From Acidobacteriota bacterium (lineage in GTDB: Bacteria; Acidobacteriota; Thermoanaerobaculia; Thermoanaerobaculales; Sulfomarinibacteraceae): DNA of 64,000 bases. Below the pieces are notes generated by a model, which was not told the DNA's origin, made no database searches, and saw only the letters and a program-made list of their open reading frames with translations. The stretch is taken from positions 2,336 to 66,335 of the forward strand of contig JAADFK010000101.1 in the NCBI GenBank assembly GCA_013152925.1, given 5' to 3'. The translations under genes were made by a program, and so were the position numbers. Positions 27,548-36,892 of the stretch are shown one piece after another. Within the stretch, counting starts at the first letter, position 1; each line of letters begins with the position of its first letter.

Positions 27548-29386
27548 TCACTTCTTCTGGCGGCGAAGGTACCGGTAGTCGGGGATTTCGTACTCCTTGA
27601 TCTTGGCGATCAACGCCCCGCGGGACAGGTTGAGCTCGCGCGCGGCTCGGCTCTGGTTGCCCATGGTACGGCGCATGACCCGGTCGATGATCATTCGCTC
27701 CACCCCGGCGATGACGATCTTCAGGTCGTCGTGCTCCAAGAGGTTCACACTGGGAACCTGCCCATCCTGCCCACCGGCGGGTTTGGGATAGCGGGAGGGA
27801 TCCAGGGGAACGATCCCCTGTACCATTTCGCCATCGGGAGTCGCCGAGACCAGGCGCCGCAGCTCGGCCACGAGCTCTCCCATCTCCCCGTCGTAACCGT
27901 GGCTAACCAGGGAGTTGAGCGTTTCGAGCTCGATACCGCGGATTTCCTTGCCCTGCTCTTGTGCCAGGCGATGCAGCAGCGAGACGATGATCAACGGGAG
28001 ATCCTCCCGGCGCTCGGCCAGGGACGGCACCCGCAACAGGTGGCTCTGGAAGGCGGCGAACAGCTCGCCGTCCAGGGCGCCATCCTGCACCAGCGCCAGC
28101 ACATCATTCCCGGTGGTGGCCATCCACCGGACGGACGGGCCGTAGGCTCTCTGGAGATCCTCCCGGACGTGAGCGCTGATCTCCCGCTGCAGCTCCACGG
28201 ACAGCAGCTGCACGTCACGAACCAGCAGGACGCCTCCCTTCGCCCTCGAGACCAGCCCCTCGATTCCCTCCCCGGCGTCTCCGAAGAGCTCCTTGCGTAA
28301 CGACGCGGCGTCGCCGGGCCGCCCCTGAAAGACCTGAACCGGCAGCTCGCCCGTGGGATGGAGCGCCGCGATCAGCGATGCCACCGTTGACCGGCCGCTC
28401 TGAACCGGCCCGGTGATCAGGACCGGCTCCATGCCGCGGGCCGCCTTGAGAACGCCCTGCCGCAAAACCGCCACGGCGTTGGACGATCCAACGAGCCGCT
28501 CGTCGATGCTGCGGGACGCCGATTTCTCCCACGCGCCATACAGCGAGCTCGAGCGCTCGACGCGCTCCCAGCTAACCGCGAGGAAACGTGTCAGCTCGGC
28601 CAACAAGAGCTCATCGTCGTGGGAAGTCTCCGGCGAGCTCTCCAGGACCACGAAAGCGTTGGTCTTGAGCTCTCCCTGGTCAACGGGGTAGATCAGCGTT
28701 TCACGGTTCCCGATGTGGAGGGTCGCGAAGCGCCCGCCGGCGGCAAGCTCGTTGAAAACACGCTGGGGTAGCCGCGGAATATCCGTCGTCCAGAGCGAGA
28801 CGATCGGCTCGAAACGGCCGTTCTCACCGGCCCAGGCCAGCATCGCCTGCCGGCCGGGAAAGGAGATCTCGAAGAAGACCTTCAGCGAGGGGAGGAGATC
28901 CGCCCTCAAACCTTCACGAAAGGCCTCGACCATCTGCCGCCGGACCTCGGCGAGCCCGTGCGCCTCGCTCCGAAGCAGCAGCTCTGCCTTGGCCGGGCCG
29001 GGGGCCGCCTCGGCCGGAATGTCCCGGTCCGGAGCCCCACCAGCATCCTGTACCCCCTCCGGACATCCCTCATGCCGCTCAACGATCTCCACATCATCGG
29101 CGCCCAGGCCGCGGAAGATCACGACGGCGGTCCCGATCCGCAGCTTGTCGCCCACGTGGAGCACACCACGGGAGCGCCGCTCCCCGTTGAGCGCAACGGT
29201 CTGCCGGCGGCTGGTCAGGAAGGTGAACACATCGCCGCTCCGCTGAATGACCACGTGCTCGGGAGCCACTCCGGGAGCCCGGATCACCACGTCGTTGCGG
29301 CTCGAGGCACCGATGCTGATGGTGTCCTTCGCCAGCTGATAGGTCAGATCGTTGCCACCGCTGCTCTCGACGGCCAGTGTTACCAT
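27548..29386 (-). CDS. FHA-domain, enhancer-binding-protein-like regulator with Fis-type HTH (ATPase and sigma-54 contact motifs degenerate)
   Basis: N-terminal FHA (ISIGASSRNDVVIRAPGVAPEHVVI...NGERR). Central AAA+-like region LVGSSNAV...EPVLITGPVQSGRST...VLLVRDVQ...ERREDLPLII. C-terminal NQSRAARELNLSRGALIAKIKEY. GGGAGAG RBS before the ATG at 29386. Confidence 0.85.
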   Translation of the reverse strand: MVTLAVESSGGNDLTYQLAKDTISIGASSRNDVVIRAPGVAPEHVVIQRSGDVFTFLTSRRQTVALNGERRSRGVLHVGDKLRIGTAVVIFRGLGADDVEIVERHEGCPEGVQDAGGAPDRDIPAEAAPGPAKAELLLRSEAHGLAEVRRQMVEAFREGLRADLLPSLKVFFEISFPGRQAMLAWAGENGRFEPIVSLWTTDIPRLPQRVFNELAAGGRFATLHIGNRETLIYPVDQGELKTNAFVVLESSPETSHDDELLLAELTRFLAVSWERVERSSSLYGAWEKSASRSIDERLVGSSNAVAVLRQGVLKAARGMEPVLITGPVQSGRSTVASLIAALHPTGELPVQVFQGRPGDAASLRKELFGDAGEGIEGLVSRAKGGVLLVRDVQLLSVELQREISAHVREDLQRAYGPSVRWMATTGNDVLALVQDGALDGELFAAFQSHLLRVPSLAERREDLPLIIVSLLHRLAQEQGKEIRGIELETLNSLVSHGYDGEMGELVAELRRLVSATPDGEMVQGIVPLDPSRYPKPAGGQDGQVPSVNLLEHDDLKIVIAGVERMIIDRVMRRTMGNQSRAARELNLSRGALIAKIKEYEIPDYRYLRRQKK

Positions 29387-29409
29387 GATCTCTCCCTGAG
29401 GCAGACTCT

Positions 29410-29449
29410 ACACGATATCACCTTTGTCTCAACATATGACATATCGTGT
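29410..29449. promoter_or_regulatory. perfect 9-bp inverted repeat (candidate operator or 5'-UTR hairpin) upstream of the FHA regulator gene
   Basis: ACACGATAT (29410-29418), 22 nt, ATATCGTGT (29441-29449). Lies 24-63 nt upstream of the start codon, inside an unusually AT-rich 284-bp gap. Confidence 0.35.
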
Positions 29450-29670
29450 CACTCCATATTGCAATTCCAACGAGGCTTGAAACCCACAAGAGACGCCTCT
29501 ATGCATCCATTATCGCAGCCTCCGTTCGAATCGTCAACTCCTTCAACACTCTTCCCCTGCCTTGTATTGACTGCCACTTTTGGAAACAGTCATTCCCGAT
29601 CCGGAGGACCCCCGGTGAGGGCGAGGCGGTCGCGCCCCCCAGGAATCCGCCCGGGGGGACCCTCAACCGC

Positions 29671-31017
29671 TCAGGGACCCAGGAGGACGCCCCCGATGCG
29701 CCGCGCAATGAGAATGAGCTCCTCCAGCTCCTTCTCGGAGCTCCCGCTCCTCTCGCCAATCAACAGGCCCGTGGTCCCTTCCCGGCTCTGCAGGGGGATG
29801 AGAACGAGGCCGGCGGGCAGGTCCTCGACGCCCAGGACCCTCGCGAGCTGCCGGGACCCTGCGGCCGCCGGGTCGATGGATCGCTGCGGCCTCCCCGTTC
29901 GGATGACCGTCTCCAGGGCAGCGATACCCCTGGGAAGCACCGGTGTCTCCGTGCTCAACGGAAAACCAAAACCCGCCCGGCATCGAACGGCGGTTGCGTC
30001 CACCGAGAAGACAGCACCGCTGCACAGGGCCCCCGAGGCCAGCTGGAGAAGCACGCCGATTCGTTCGCCGGGGCCTCGCCCGTGAACCAGCGCCTCCACG
30101 AGCTCCTGCGCTGCCGGCTGGCCGCTCGCCCCCTCCTTCTCGGTCCCGCTTTGAACCAGTCGAGCCACCACACGAGTCACCGTTTCCTGGAAGCTCTGCC
30201 ACACCGCCCCCCCCTCTCCGGCAGGGGCCGGCAGGAGAAATGAGGCGCCGGCCTCCACGAGGCGTGCCACCCAGACCGGATCACCGAGGGGCCCCACCCA
30301 GACCACCGGGATCGCACGCTCGGAGGCGGCGGCTCGCTGGAGGAGCTCCAGCCACTGGGTCTCCCGGCCGACGCGGGTTACCGTCAAGCGATGGTGGATG
30401 ACCAGCGCATCGAGGCGGTCAAGGGGAAGATCAGGCACGACGCCGAAGAGCCTGAGCTCCCACCCCCTGCGCCGCCACTCCCGCTCGATCCAGCCCCTCC
30501 AGGGCCGAGGGTCCCCCGTCACCACGCCGACCTGGGCGAAGAGCAATTCCTCGGGTGCAGCCTTCTCGAGCTCCGAGAGGAGATCCTCCAACGGATGCTC
30601 CGGAACGGTGGTCGGGAGGAGATGGATCCGGGTCTCCCGGGGCCCGGGAATCGTGCTTACCTCGCCCGCCAGGAGGTTATCCACATCGATATCCGAGGCG
30701 AAACCCTTCCTGTCGCGGCCCGACGGCCCCCGGCACAGCTCCAGGATGGCGCTGAGATCTACGCCGCCCTCGAGCGGCTTGCCGGCGGGTTGCGGGTCAA
30801 AGCTGAAGCTCCCGGCCGCCCTGTCGAGACAGTGGCAGATCTTCTTCACCAGGGTGGGCTCCGGGGTCTCCACGCGCCCGCCGCGGATTCCGAGAGAAAA
30901 GGCGCCTTCCCGGGTCTCCACCTCCAGGCGACCCGACGCACCCGTTGCGGCGAGAAGACGGAAAAGACCCGCCAGGCCCAGGTTCTCGAGGCGGCCTTTC
31001 AGCTTCCTTCGCATCAT
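29671..31017 (-). CDS. DUF4388 (PatA-N-like) / pseudo-receiver / GAF-like domain protein
   Basis: MMRRKLKGRLENLGLAGLFRLLAATGASGRLEVE is the DUF4388 signature. The C-terminal ~150 aa look GAF-like. Start at ATG 31017 forms an ATGA overlap with the upstream stop (track start 31086 rejected). Confidence 0.7.
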   Translation of the reverse strand: MMRRKLKGRLENLGLAGLFRLLAATGASGRLEVETREGAFSLGIRGGRVETPEPTLVKKICHCLDRAAGSFSFDPQPAGKPLEGGVDLSAILELCRGPSGRDRKGFASDIDVDNLLAGEVSTIPGPRETRIHLLPTTVPEHPLEDLLSELEKAAPEELLFAQVGVVTGDPRPWRGWIEREWRRRGWELRLFGVVPDLPLDRLDALVIHHRLTVTRVGRETQWLELLQRAAASERAIPVVWVGPLGDPVWVARLVEAGASFLLPAPAGEGGAVWQSFQETVTRVVARLVQSGTEKEGASGQPAAQELVEALVHGRGPGERIGVLLQLASGALCSGAVFSVDATAVRCRAGFGFPLSTETPVLPRGIAALETVIRTGRPQRSIDPAAAGSRQLARVLGVEDLPAGLVLIPLQSREGTTGLLIGERSGSSEKELEELILIARRIGGVLLGP

Positions 31018-31976
31018 CCCACCTCCGGACCCGGGAGCCGAATCGCGTAACTGGCCGTCCCGCCCTCTTCCAGCCGGAACGCACACTTCTCGACCACCTC
31101 GTTACCGAGACGCACCGTCAGGAGCCAGCGACCCGGCGGCAAACCGTCGAACTGCCCGGCGCCATCCAACCGGAGACGGCGGAGCTCCCCGTCCGGTCCT
31201 CGAAGCTCGGCAAGGACCGTCCCCGTACCCGGCGACCCCACCACGCGGCATTCCAGCACGGCGCCCCGGTTCCAGCGGACGGGCCACCCCCACGCCCGTG
31301 AGGCACCGGCCATGTCGTCCACCGGGACCCGGGTCGCTCGAAGGTCGTACGCTCCGGTCACGGTCCCCGGCCACGCCACGTGACGGGGTGTGACGATCCA
31401 GAGGCCCAGCGTCGGATCCGTGGGAACCCAACCGGCACCGGGAAGGAAGCACTCCACCCACCGGTGGGGTATCGCTCGCGAGTCGAGAACGAGCAGGCCG
31501 CTGACGGTTCGGGCCGTGAAGCCGGCGGCGCGCAGCAGGGCCGTCGCCGCGTTGGCCAGCCCGGAACAGCGGCCGCTGCCCCTCTCCAACACGCTGCCCG
31601 CGTCCTGGGCACCCAGCCCCTGCGCATTGACCCGCACGTGGTCCATCACCCACCGGAGGATGCGCGTGGCCCGCCCCCAGGGATCGTTCTCGCCGGCAAC
31701 CATCTCCCCAAGAGACTGCGGCAAGTGAAACCACCCGGGAGTCCCGGCAACCGGCCGTGGTTGGCCCACGGCAAAGCCCCGGGCCCCGATGGGGTCGAGC
31801 GTTGTGCTCACGTGGACCTCGGCGCGGCCGGACCCCAGGACCCTGACATCCTGCACGTGTCCGTTGACGGCCCGGCTCCGGGGCAGGACGGCGGCCTTGA
31901 CGATGAAGGTCGCCTCTCCAGCAGCCGCAGTCCATGCCGCAAGGAGCAGCACCGCGGTCAGCAATCTCGTCTTCAC
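31014..31976 (-). CDS. secreted transglutaminase-like (cysteine protease fold) protein
   Basis: Signal peptide VKTRLLTAVLLLAAWTAAAG. Transglutaminase-core Cys/His/Asp layout GRCSGLANAATALLRAAG...HRWVECFLPGAGWVPTDPT. GTG start at 31976 overlaps the nusB stop (GTGA). Track start 32282 would run through nusB. Confidence 0.8.
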   Translation of the reverse strand: MKTRLLTAVLLLAAWTAAAGEATFIVKAAVLPRSRAVNGHVQDVRVLGSGRAEVHVSTTLDPIGARGFAVGQPRPVAGTPGWFHLPQSLGEMVAGENDPWGRATRILRWVMDHVRVNAQGLGAQDAGSVLERGSGRCSGLANAATALLRAAGFTARTVSGLLVLDSRAIPHRWVECFLPGAGWVPTDPTLGLWIVTPRHVAWPGTVTGAYDLRATRVPVDDMAGASRAWGWPVRWNRGAVLECRVVGSPGTGTVLAELRGPDGELRRLRLDGAGQFDGLPPGRWLLTVRLGNEVVEKCAFRLEEGGTASYAIRLPGPEVG

Positions 31977-32383
31977 CCCCCGGCCTTCCCCTTGATGAAG
32001 CCATCGAGAACGCCGTTGACGAACCGTCCGGAATCCTCTGCTCCAAAACGCTTCGCCACCTCGATGGCCTCGTCGATGACTACAGCGGGCGGCGTCTCCC
32101 GGTCGAAGAGCAGCTCGTACATGGCGATCCGGAGGATGTTGCGGTCCACCGCTGCCAACCGGTCCAGGCGCCAGTGAGAGGTCTGGTGAGAGAGCTTGGC
32201 GTCGATCTCCTCCAGGTGCTCCAAGGTACCGTCGAGCAGCTCGTCGGCGAAATGGCGGACCATATCCGGCGCCTTCCGCCAATCGTCGAAGCCCTCCCGG
32301 ATGACCCCGGGCGACTCCCCGGTCACCTCGTACTGGTAGAGCATCTGCAGGGCCAGCTCCCGAGCGCGGCGTCGCGACCCCAC
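31973..32383 (-). CDS. nusB: transcription antitermination factor NusB
   Basis: RRRARELALQMLYQYE...LDRLAAVDRNILRIAMYELLF...PPAVVIDEAIEVAKRFG...FVNGVLD. Follows ribH as in many bacteria. Confidence 0.9.
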   Translation of the reverse strand: MGSRRRARELALQMLYQYEVTGESPGVIREGFDDWRKAPDMVRHFADELLDGTLEHLEEIDAKLSHQTSHWRLDRLAAVDRNILRIAMYELLFDRETPPAVVIDEAIEVAKRFGAEDSGRFVNGVLDGFIKGKAGG

Positions 32384-32857
32384 CTACTCCTCCCCGTCGA
32401 TACCCCGGTACAACCGGGCCATCTCCACGGCCGCCAGCGCGGCATCCCAGCCCTTGTTCCCCATCTTGGTCCCGGCACGCTCCACGGCCTGCTCCAGCGT
32501 GTCCGCCGTGATGACGCCGAAGGTCACGGGAACGCCGGAGCCCTGTGCCACCTGAGCCAGGCCCTTGGCCACCTCCGCGGCGATCAGATCGAAATGGGCC
32601 GTTCCGCCGCGGACCAGGGCGCCCAGACCGACGATGGCATCGAGCTCACCGCTCCTCGCCAGCTTGTGAGCCAACATGGGGATCTCCCACGCACCGGGAA
32701 CACGAAAGACCGTGATGTTCTCCTCCTCGGCGCCGTGCCGGACCAGGCAGTCCACGGCGCCGTCCTGCAACCGGCTGGTGATGGCCTCGTTGAATCGGCT
32801 GACTACCAGGGCGAAGCGCAACCCGGAGGCATCGAGCATCCCTTCGATGATCTGCAC
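32384..32857 (-). CDS. ribH: 6,7-dimethyl-8-ribityllumazine synthase
   Basis: [14 protein letters not shown]...VPGAWEIP...[15 protein letters not shown]...[22 protein letters not shown]. Preferred start is the GTG at 32857, with GGAAGGAGG 6 nt upstream (track ATG 32896). Confidence 0.9.
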   Translation of the reverse strand: MQIIEGMLDASGLRFALVVSRFNEAITSRLQDGAVDCLVRHGAEEENITVFRVPGAWEIPMLAHKLARSGELDAIVGLGALVRGGTAHFDLIAAEVAKGLAQVAQGSGVPVTFGVITADTLEQAVERAGTKMGNKGWDAALAAVEMARLYRGIDGEE

Positions 32858-32932
32858 GGCGGCCCTCCTTCCTCTCTCGAGCTCTCGAACCCTCATTGTA
32901 GCAACCTTCCCCGGCCTCGGATATGATCGTGG

Positions 32933-33706
32933 ATGTCCACGGGGAGGCTAAGGGTGCACGAGTCCGACTCCATCGTCCTGCATATCGGGGCCTCTTCCCG
33001 CCTGGCGGGAAGAGCATTCCTCACAATGGTGACGCCCCCTTTCGATTTTCGCGAGATCCTCCGCCACGTCTACCATTTCGGAGTGGGCTCCCTCAACCTC
33101 ACGAACATCACGGCCCTGTTCACCGGCATGGTCCTCGCCCTGCAGACCGCGTATGCCCTGGCCTCCTTCGGCGCCAGCCTGTACATCGGCGAGATCGTCG
33201 GCATGGCCCTGGTCCGCGAGCTGGGGCCGGTGCTGACCGCCCTGATGGTCGGTGGCCGGGTGGGATCGGGTATCACCGCCGAGCTGGGTTCGATGGAGGT
33301 CACCGAGCAGGTGGACGCCATCCGGTCCATGGGCGCCGACCCGATCCGCAAGCTCGTGGCACCCCGCATCTGGTCGGTCGTGTTCTCCCTGCCCCTCCTG
33401 ACCATCCTGGCCGACGGCATGGGCATCTTCGGAGGCATGATCATCTCGGTTTTCGAGGAACACACCACGGCGACCTACTACTTCCAGCATATTTTCCGGA
33501 ACATGGCGATCAACGACTTCGGCTCCGGCATCGGCAAGAGCTTCTTCTTCGCCCTGATCATCGGGGTTATCTCCTGCTACAACGGTCTGACCGCCCGGGG
33601 GGGAGCGGACGGCGTCGGCCGGGCGACCACGAACACCGTGTACGCGGCCGCCATCGCCATCCTCGTGGGCGATTTCTTCCTGACCAAGCTGTTCCTGAGC
33701 TTCTGA
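32933..33706 (+). CDS. mlaE: MlaE-family ABC transporter permease
   Basis: [53 protein letters not shown] aligns with the conserved MlaE core. Confidence 0.85.
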   Translation: MSTGRLRVHESDSIVLHIGASSRLAGRAFLTMVTPPFDFREILRHVYHFGVGSLNLTNITALFTGMVLALQTAYALASFGASLYIGEIVGMALVRELGPVLTALMVGGRVGSGITAELGSMEVTEQVDAIRSMGADPIRKLVAPRIWSVVFSLPLLTILADGMGIFGGMIISVFEEHTTATYYFQHIFRNMAINDFGSGIGKSFFFALIIGVISCYNGLTARGGADGVGRATTNTVYAAAIAILVGDFFLTKLFLSF

Positions 33707-34452
33707 TGATGGAAAACGTCGTCCTCTTCGACCGTGTCAGCAAGGCCTTCGGGGCCAAGGAGGTTCTGCGTGGTGTCGATCTCTCGGTAGGGCGGGGCGA
33801 GACGGTGGCGATTCTCGGCGCCTCGGGCTCGGGGAAGACCGTCAGCCTCAAGCTGGTCAACGGCCTGTTGCGGCCGGAGGCCGGCAGGATTGAAACGCTG
33901 GGCTACCACGTCTCGGACCTCACTGAGCGCGAGCTTCTCCCCCTGCGTGTCAAGGTCAGTTACCTGTTCCAGGGAGGGGCCCTGTTCGACTCCATGACCG
34001 TCTTCGAGAACATCGCCTTCCCCATCCTCGAGCACACCGAGCCAAGCTCCGAGGCATTGCGTTCGAGGATTGCCGCGCTTCTCGGCCTGGTCCGGCTGGA
34101 GGGCATCGAGGCGCTCTACCCCTCGGAGCTTTCCGGAGGGATGCGCAAGCGCGTGGCCCTGGCACGGGCCCTGGCGCTGGAGCCCGAGATCATCCTCTAC
34201 GACGAACCGACAACGGGCCTCGACCCGGTCACCGGGCTGGCCATCGCGGAGCTCATGCGCGAGCTTCACAGCTCGCTGCACGTGACCTCCATCGTGGTGA
34301 CCCACGACATTCCTCTGGTTCTCCGCGTGGCCACACGCGTGGTGTTCCTCCACGAGGGGCGGTTCGTTTACAGTGGGACCGTGAAGCAGGCCGCAACCGA
34401 GAGCCCCGAGCCGGTACGCCGGTTCTTCGAAGCGGGAGGTGCCCATGCTTGA
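33706..34452 (+). CDS. mlaF: MlaF-type ABC transporter ATP-binding protein
   Basis: Walker A GASGSGKT, signature LSGGMRKRVALARAL, Walker B IILYDEPTTGLD. ATG at 33706 overlaps the mlaE stop. The track fuses it to an alternate frame of mlaE (32923-34452). Confidence 0.9.
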   Translation: MMENVVLFDRVSKAFGAKEVLRGVDLSVGRGETVAILGASGSGKTVSLKLVNGLLRPEAGRIETLGYHVSDLTERELLPLRVKVSYLFQGGALFDSMTVFENIAFPILEHTEPSSEALRSRIAALLGLVRLEGIEALYPSELSGGMRKRVALARALALEPEIILYDEPTTGLDPVTGLAIAELMRELHSSLHVTSIVVTHDIPLVLRVATRVVFLHEGRFVYSGTVKQAATESPEPVRRFFEAGGAHA

Positions 34453-35635
34453 AGAGACCCGTCAGAATCTCAGGATCGGCCTGATGGTCATCGCCTCCCT
34501 GGTCATCCTGGGCATCGGTATCTTCATCGTTGGCAAGCGGCAGCAGCTCTTCATCCGGCATACCCAGTACTACAGCGTGTTCCGGGACGTCCTGGGGCTC
34601 CAGCCCGGCGCTCCCGTGCAGCTCAACGGCGTGACCGTTGGCTACGTCACCTCCATCGATCTCCCGGTCAAGGCCCAGGAGGAGGGCATCACCGTCCGCT
34701 TCACGGTCGACGCCCGCTACATGGACCGAATCCGCAAGGATACCGTCGCCTCCATCAAGACCGAGGGTCTTCTCGGCGACCGCTTCCTCAAGCTGTCCGG
34801 CGGATCCTCCGAGGCGCCCAGGGTCCTGGAGGGCGGGCTCGTCACGGGCCACAACCCCGCCGAGCTGGAGCACTTTCTCGCGGGCGGTGAAGACCTCATG
34901 GACAACCTGCTGGCCATCTCTTCCAGCTTGCGGACGATCCTCGAGCGGGCCGAAACGGGCAAGGGCCTTCTCGGAGAGCTCCTGGCGCCTTCGGAGGAGG
35001 GACAGGCGGCCGGGACGGACCTGGTAAGGACCATCGCGGCGCTGCGCCGCATCACCGAGCGGGTCGAGGCCGGTCATGGGCTGGCCGGCCGCGTCCTGAC
35101 CGACGATGCCATGGGATCCGCCGTCTTCGACGACCTGGCAGCTACCGCGGCCGCCATCCGCAGCATGACCGAAGGCCTGGCCAAGGACATGGCCCGGAAC
35201 GACACCGCCTGGGCGGCAATCCTGCGCGATCCCAAGGGCGCCGAGCTGGCCGCCGAGACCCTGCAATCCCTCCACGATGCCTCCCAGGCCCTGGCCGCGG
35301 CCGCTGGAGAGCTCGCCTCCGGCAAGGGGACCCTCCCACGGCTTCTCAAGGACAAGGAGTACGCCGATCACTTCCTCGACGATCTCCAGAGCCTGACCCA
35401 CTCGCTCCGTTCCATCACCGGGAAGATCGACCGGGGTGAGGGTACCGCCGGCGGCTTCGTCAACGATCCCCAGATGTACCTCGATCTACAGAACGTCGTC
35501 CGCGGGGTCAAGGAATCCGGTCTGAGCAGCTGGTACATCCGTAACCGCAGGGCGGCCGGCGAGAGGGCCGCCGAAAAGGAGGTCCACGAGATGCTCCAGG
35601 CTCCCTTCCCGACGCCGACTCCCGTCCACGAATAG
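34439..35635 (+). CDS. mlaD: MlaD/MCE-domain protein with a long helical C-terminal extension
   Basis: N-terminal TM (LRIGLMVIASLVILGIGIFIV), then the MCE fold (GLQPGAPVQLNGVTVGYVTSIDL). 398 aa. Confidence 0.8.
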   Translation: MPMLEETRQNLRIGLMVIASLVILGIGIFIVGKRQQLFIRHTQYYSVFRDVLGLQPGAPVQLNGVTVGYVTSIDLPVKAQEEGITVRFTVDARYMDRIRKDTVASIKTEGLLGDRFLKLSGGSSEAPRVLEGGLVTGHNPAELEHFLAGGEDLMDNLLAISSSLRTILERAETGKGLLGELLAPSEEGQAAGTDLVRTIAALRRITERVEAGHGLAGRVLTDDAMGSAVFDDLAATAAAIRSMTEGLAKDMARNDTAWAAILRDPKGAELAAETLQSLHDASQALAAAAGELASGKGTLPRLLKDKEYADHFLDDLQSLTHSLRSITGKIDRGEGTAGGFVNDPQMYLDLQNVVRGVKESGLSSWYIRNRRAAGERAAEKEVHEMLQAPFPTPTPVHE

Positions 35636-36312
35636 ACGGGCCGGCACGACATGCGGCGTCTGGCCTCGATCAGTTTTCCGTTCTCCTCCTCCCGGCCGTC
35701 TCGTGCCAGACGACCGCAAAACCCTCCGGCAACTTCGACCGGGGCCTCCGGGGGGCCCAGATGACCACGGCACAGCTGGACGTCCACATGGCCGACTTGG
35801 TCCTCCACTTCGTCGATTCCGTGGAGCGCGCAGCCGACCGGATCATGGCTGGCGTGCCCGGTGATATGGCGGTTCGAGAAGCCACGCTCCGCTGGAAGAT
35901 CTTCACCGTTCCGGCCGTGCTCGCCGTGCTTCTCCTCCGCCGTTTTCACCCGCGGAGCTGAGCGCGTGGGGAGGTGATATTCCGCCCATGGTCGTCACCA
36001 AGGACTGCACCAAGGGGATCGATCCCGGCACCCTGCAGGAAACGCCCGATGGCATTCTGGACCGCGTTATCGACCGGACCGTCGGGTCGCCAGTCTCCGG
36101 GACGGGGCTCGTGGAGCGGTTCCGTTACCAGCCAGACCGGTGCCGATTGATCGTCTTGCCGCTACCGGCGAACGGGCCGGGCGGCCTGCATGGCCGTCAA
36201 CGACACTTCGCTCGGCCAGACCGTGGACGACCTCAGGCGGGAGCTGGAAACGATCTTCCCACGCCTGGACATCGAAATGTTCTTCACACCGGACCTGCGG
36301 TGCTGAGGACCG

Positions 36313-36738
36313 TCACTCTTCGAGCCGGCGGATGAAGCCGGAGTCGATCTTGACCTTGACGGGACCCTTGCGCGGTTCGGGTTTCTCCGCCGCTCCAAGG
36401 TCATCTTCCAGGTGATCGACCAGATAGAACAGGGCCTCGCGGTCGGCCTTGGCGACGGCCACGAACTCCAGTCCGGCACGGTAGACCAGCCGCTGACCCT
36501 CGTCACTGGCCGAGAAGCCCATGGCGCGGCACCGGTGGACCTTGGCACGAATCCGAAGATCCCGGGTGCCGAAGGGCAGCGTGAGATCGCATTCCACCGC
36601 GGGCCGGAGAGCGGCCGGCACCTCCAGCTGGACGCCGTGGCGGGAGATGTCGACGATCCGGGCGGGAACTGTCGCCTTGACCCGTCCGAAACGGTCCTTG
36701 GAGACCGGAACCCGTTGACTCCTTCTGCGTTCCATCAT
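36313..36738 (-). CDS. PilZ-domain protein
   Basis: RRRSQRVPV ... ARIVDISRHGVQLE (RxxxR and DxSxxG c-di-GMP binding motifs). GGGAGG RBS before the ATG at 36738. Confidence 0.8.
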   Translation of the reverse strand: MMERRRSQRVPVSKDRFGRVKATVPARIVDISRHGVQLEVPAALRPAVECDLTLPFGTRDLRIRAKVHRCRAMGFSASDEGQRLVYRAGLEFVAVAKADREALFYLVDHLEDDLGAAEKPEPRKGPVKVKIDSGFIRRLEE

Positions 36739-36892
36739 TCCTGTCACCCTCCCGGGGGTGGCCGGATACAATGGCCAGCCCCGTCGATAGCGTGGACACT
36801 AGCGCCCCGTTGTTCTGTCGTTCCAGTTGAATGATAGCACGCTGTGCTCCCATCGCCGGGAGCGAGCGGTATACTCGAAACGGGAGGTCGTC

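Noticed and set aside
29560-29600. Sigma-54 type promoter (TGGCAG on the minus strand) upstream of the FHA regulator
   Set aside because: The -12 element is missing: the positions where TTGC should lie read ACAA, so the GG-N10-GC spacing test fails.
31977-32282. 102-codon N-terminal extension of the transglutaminase-like gene
   Set aside because: It would overlap almost all of nusB in another frame. The GTG at 31976 gives a proper signal peptide and a GTGA overlap with the nusB stop.
32858-32932. FMN riboswitch upstream of ribH
   Set aside because: Only 75 bp separate ribH from the divergent mlaE start. That is too short for an RFN element, and no conserved RFN core sequence was seen.
35368-35949. 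193-aa minus-strand ORF as the gene filling the post-mlaD gap
   Set aside because: Half of it overlaps mlaD antisense. The unique part is His/Gly/Arg/Glu-rich with no hydrophobic core pattern or RBS.
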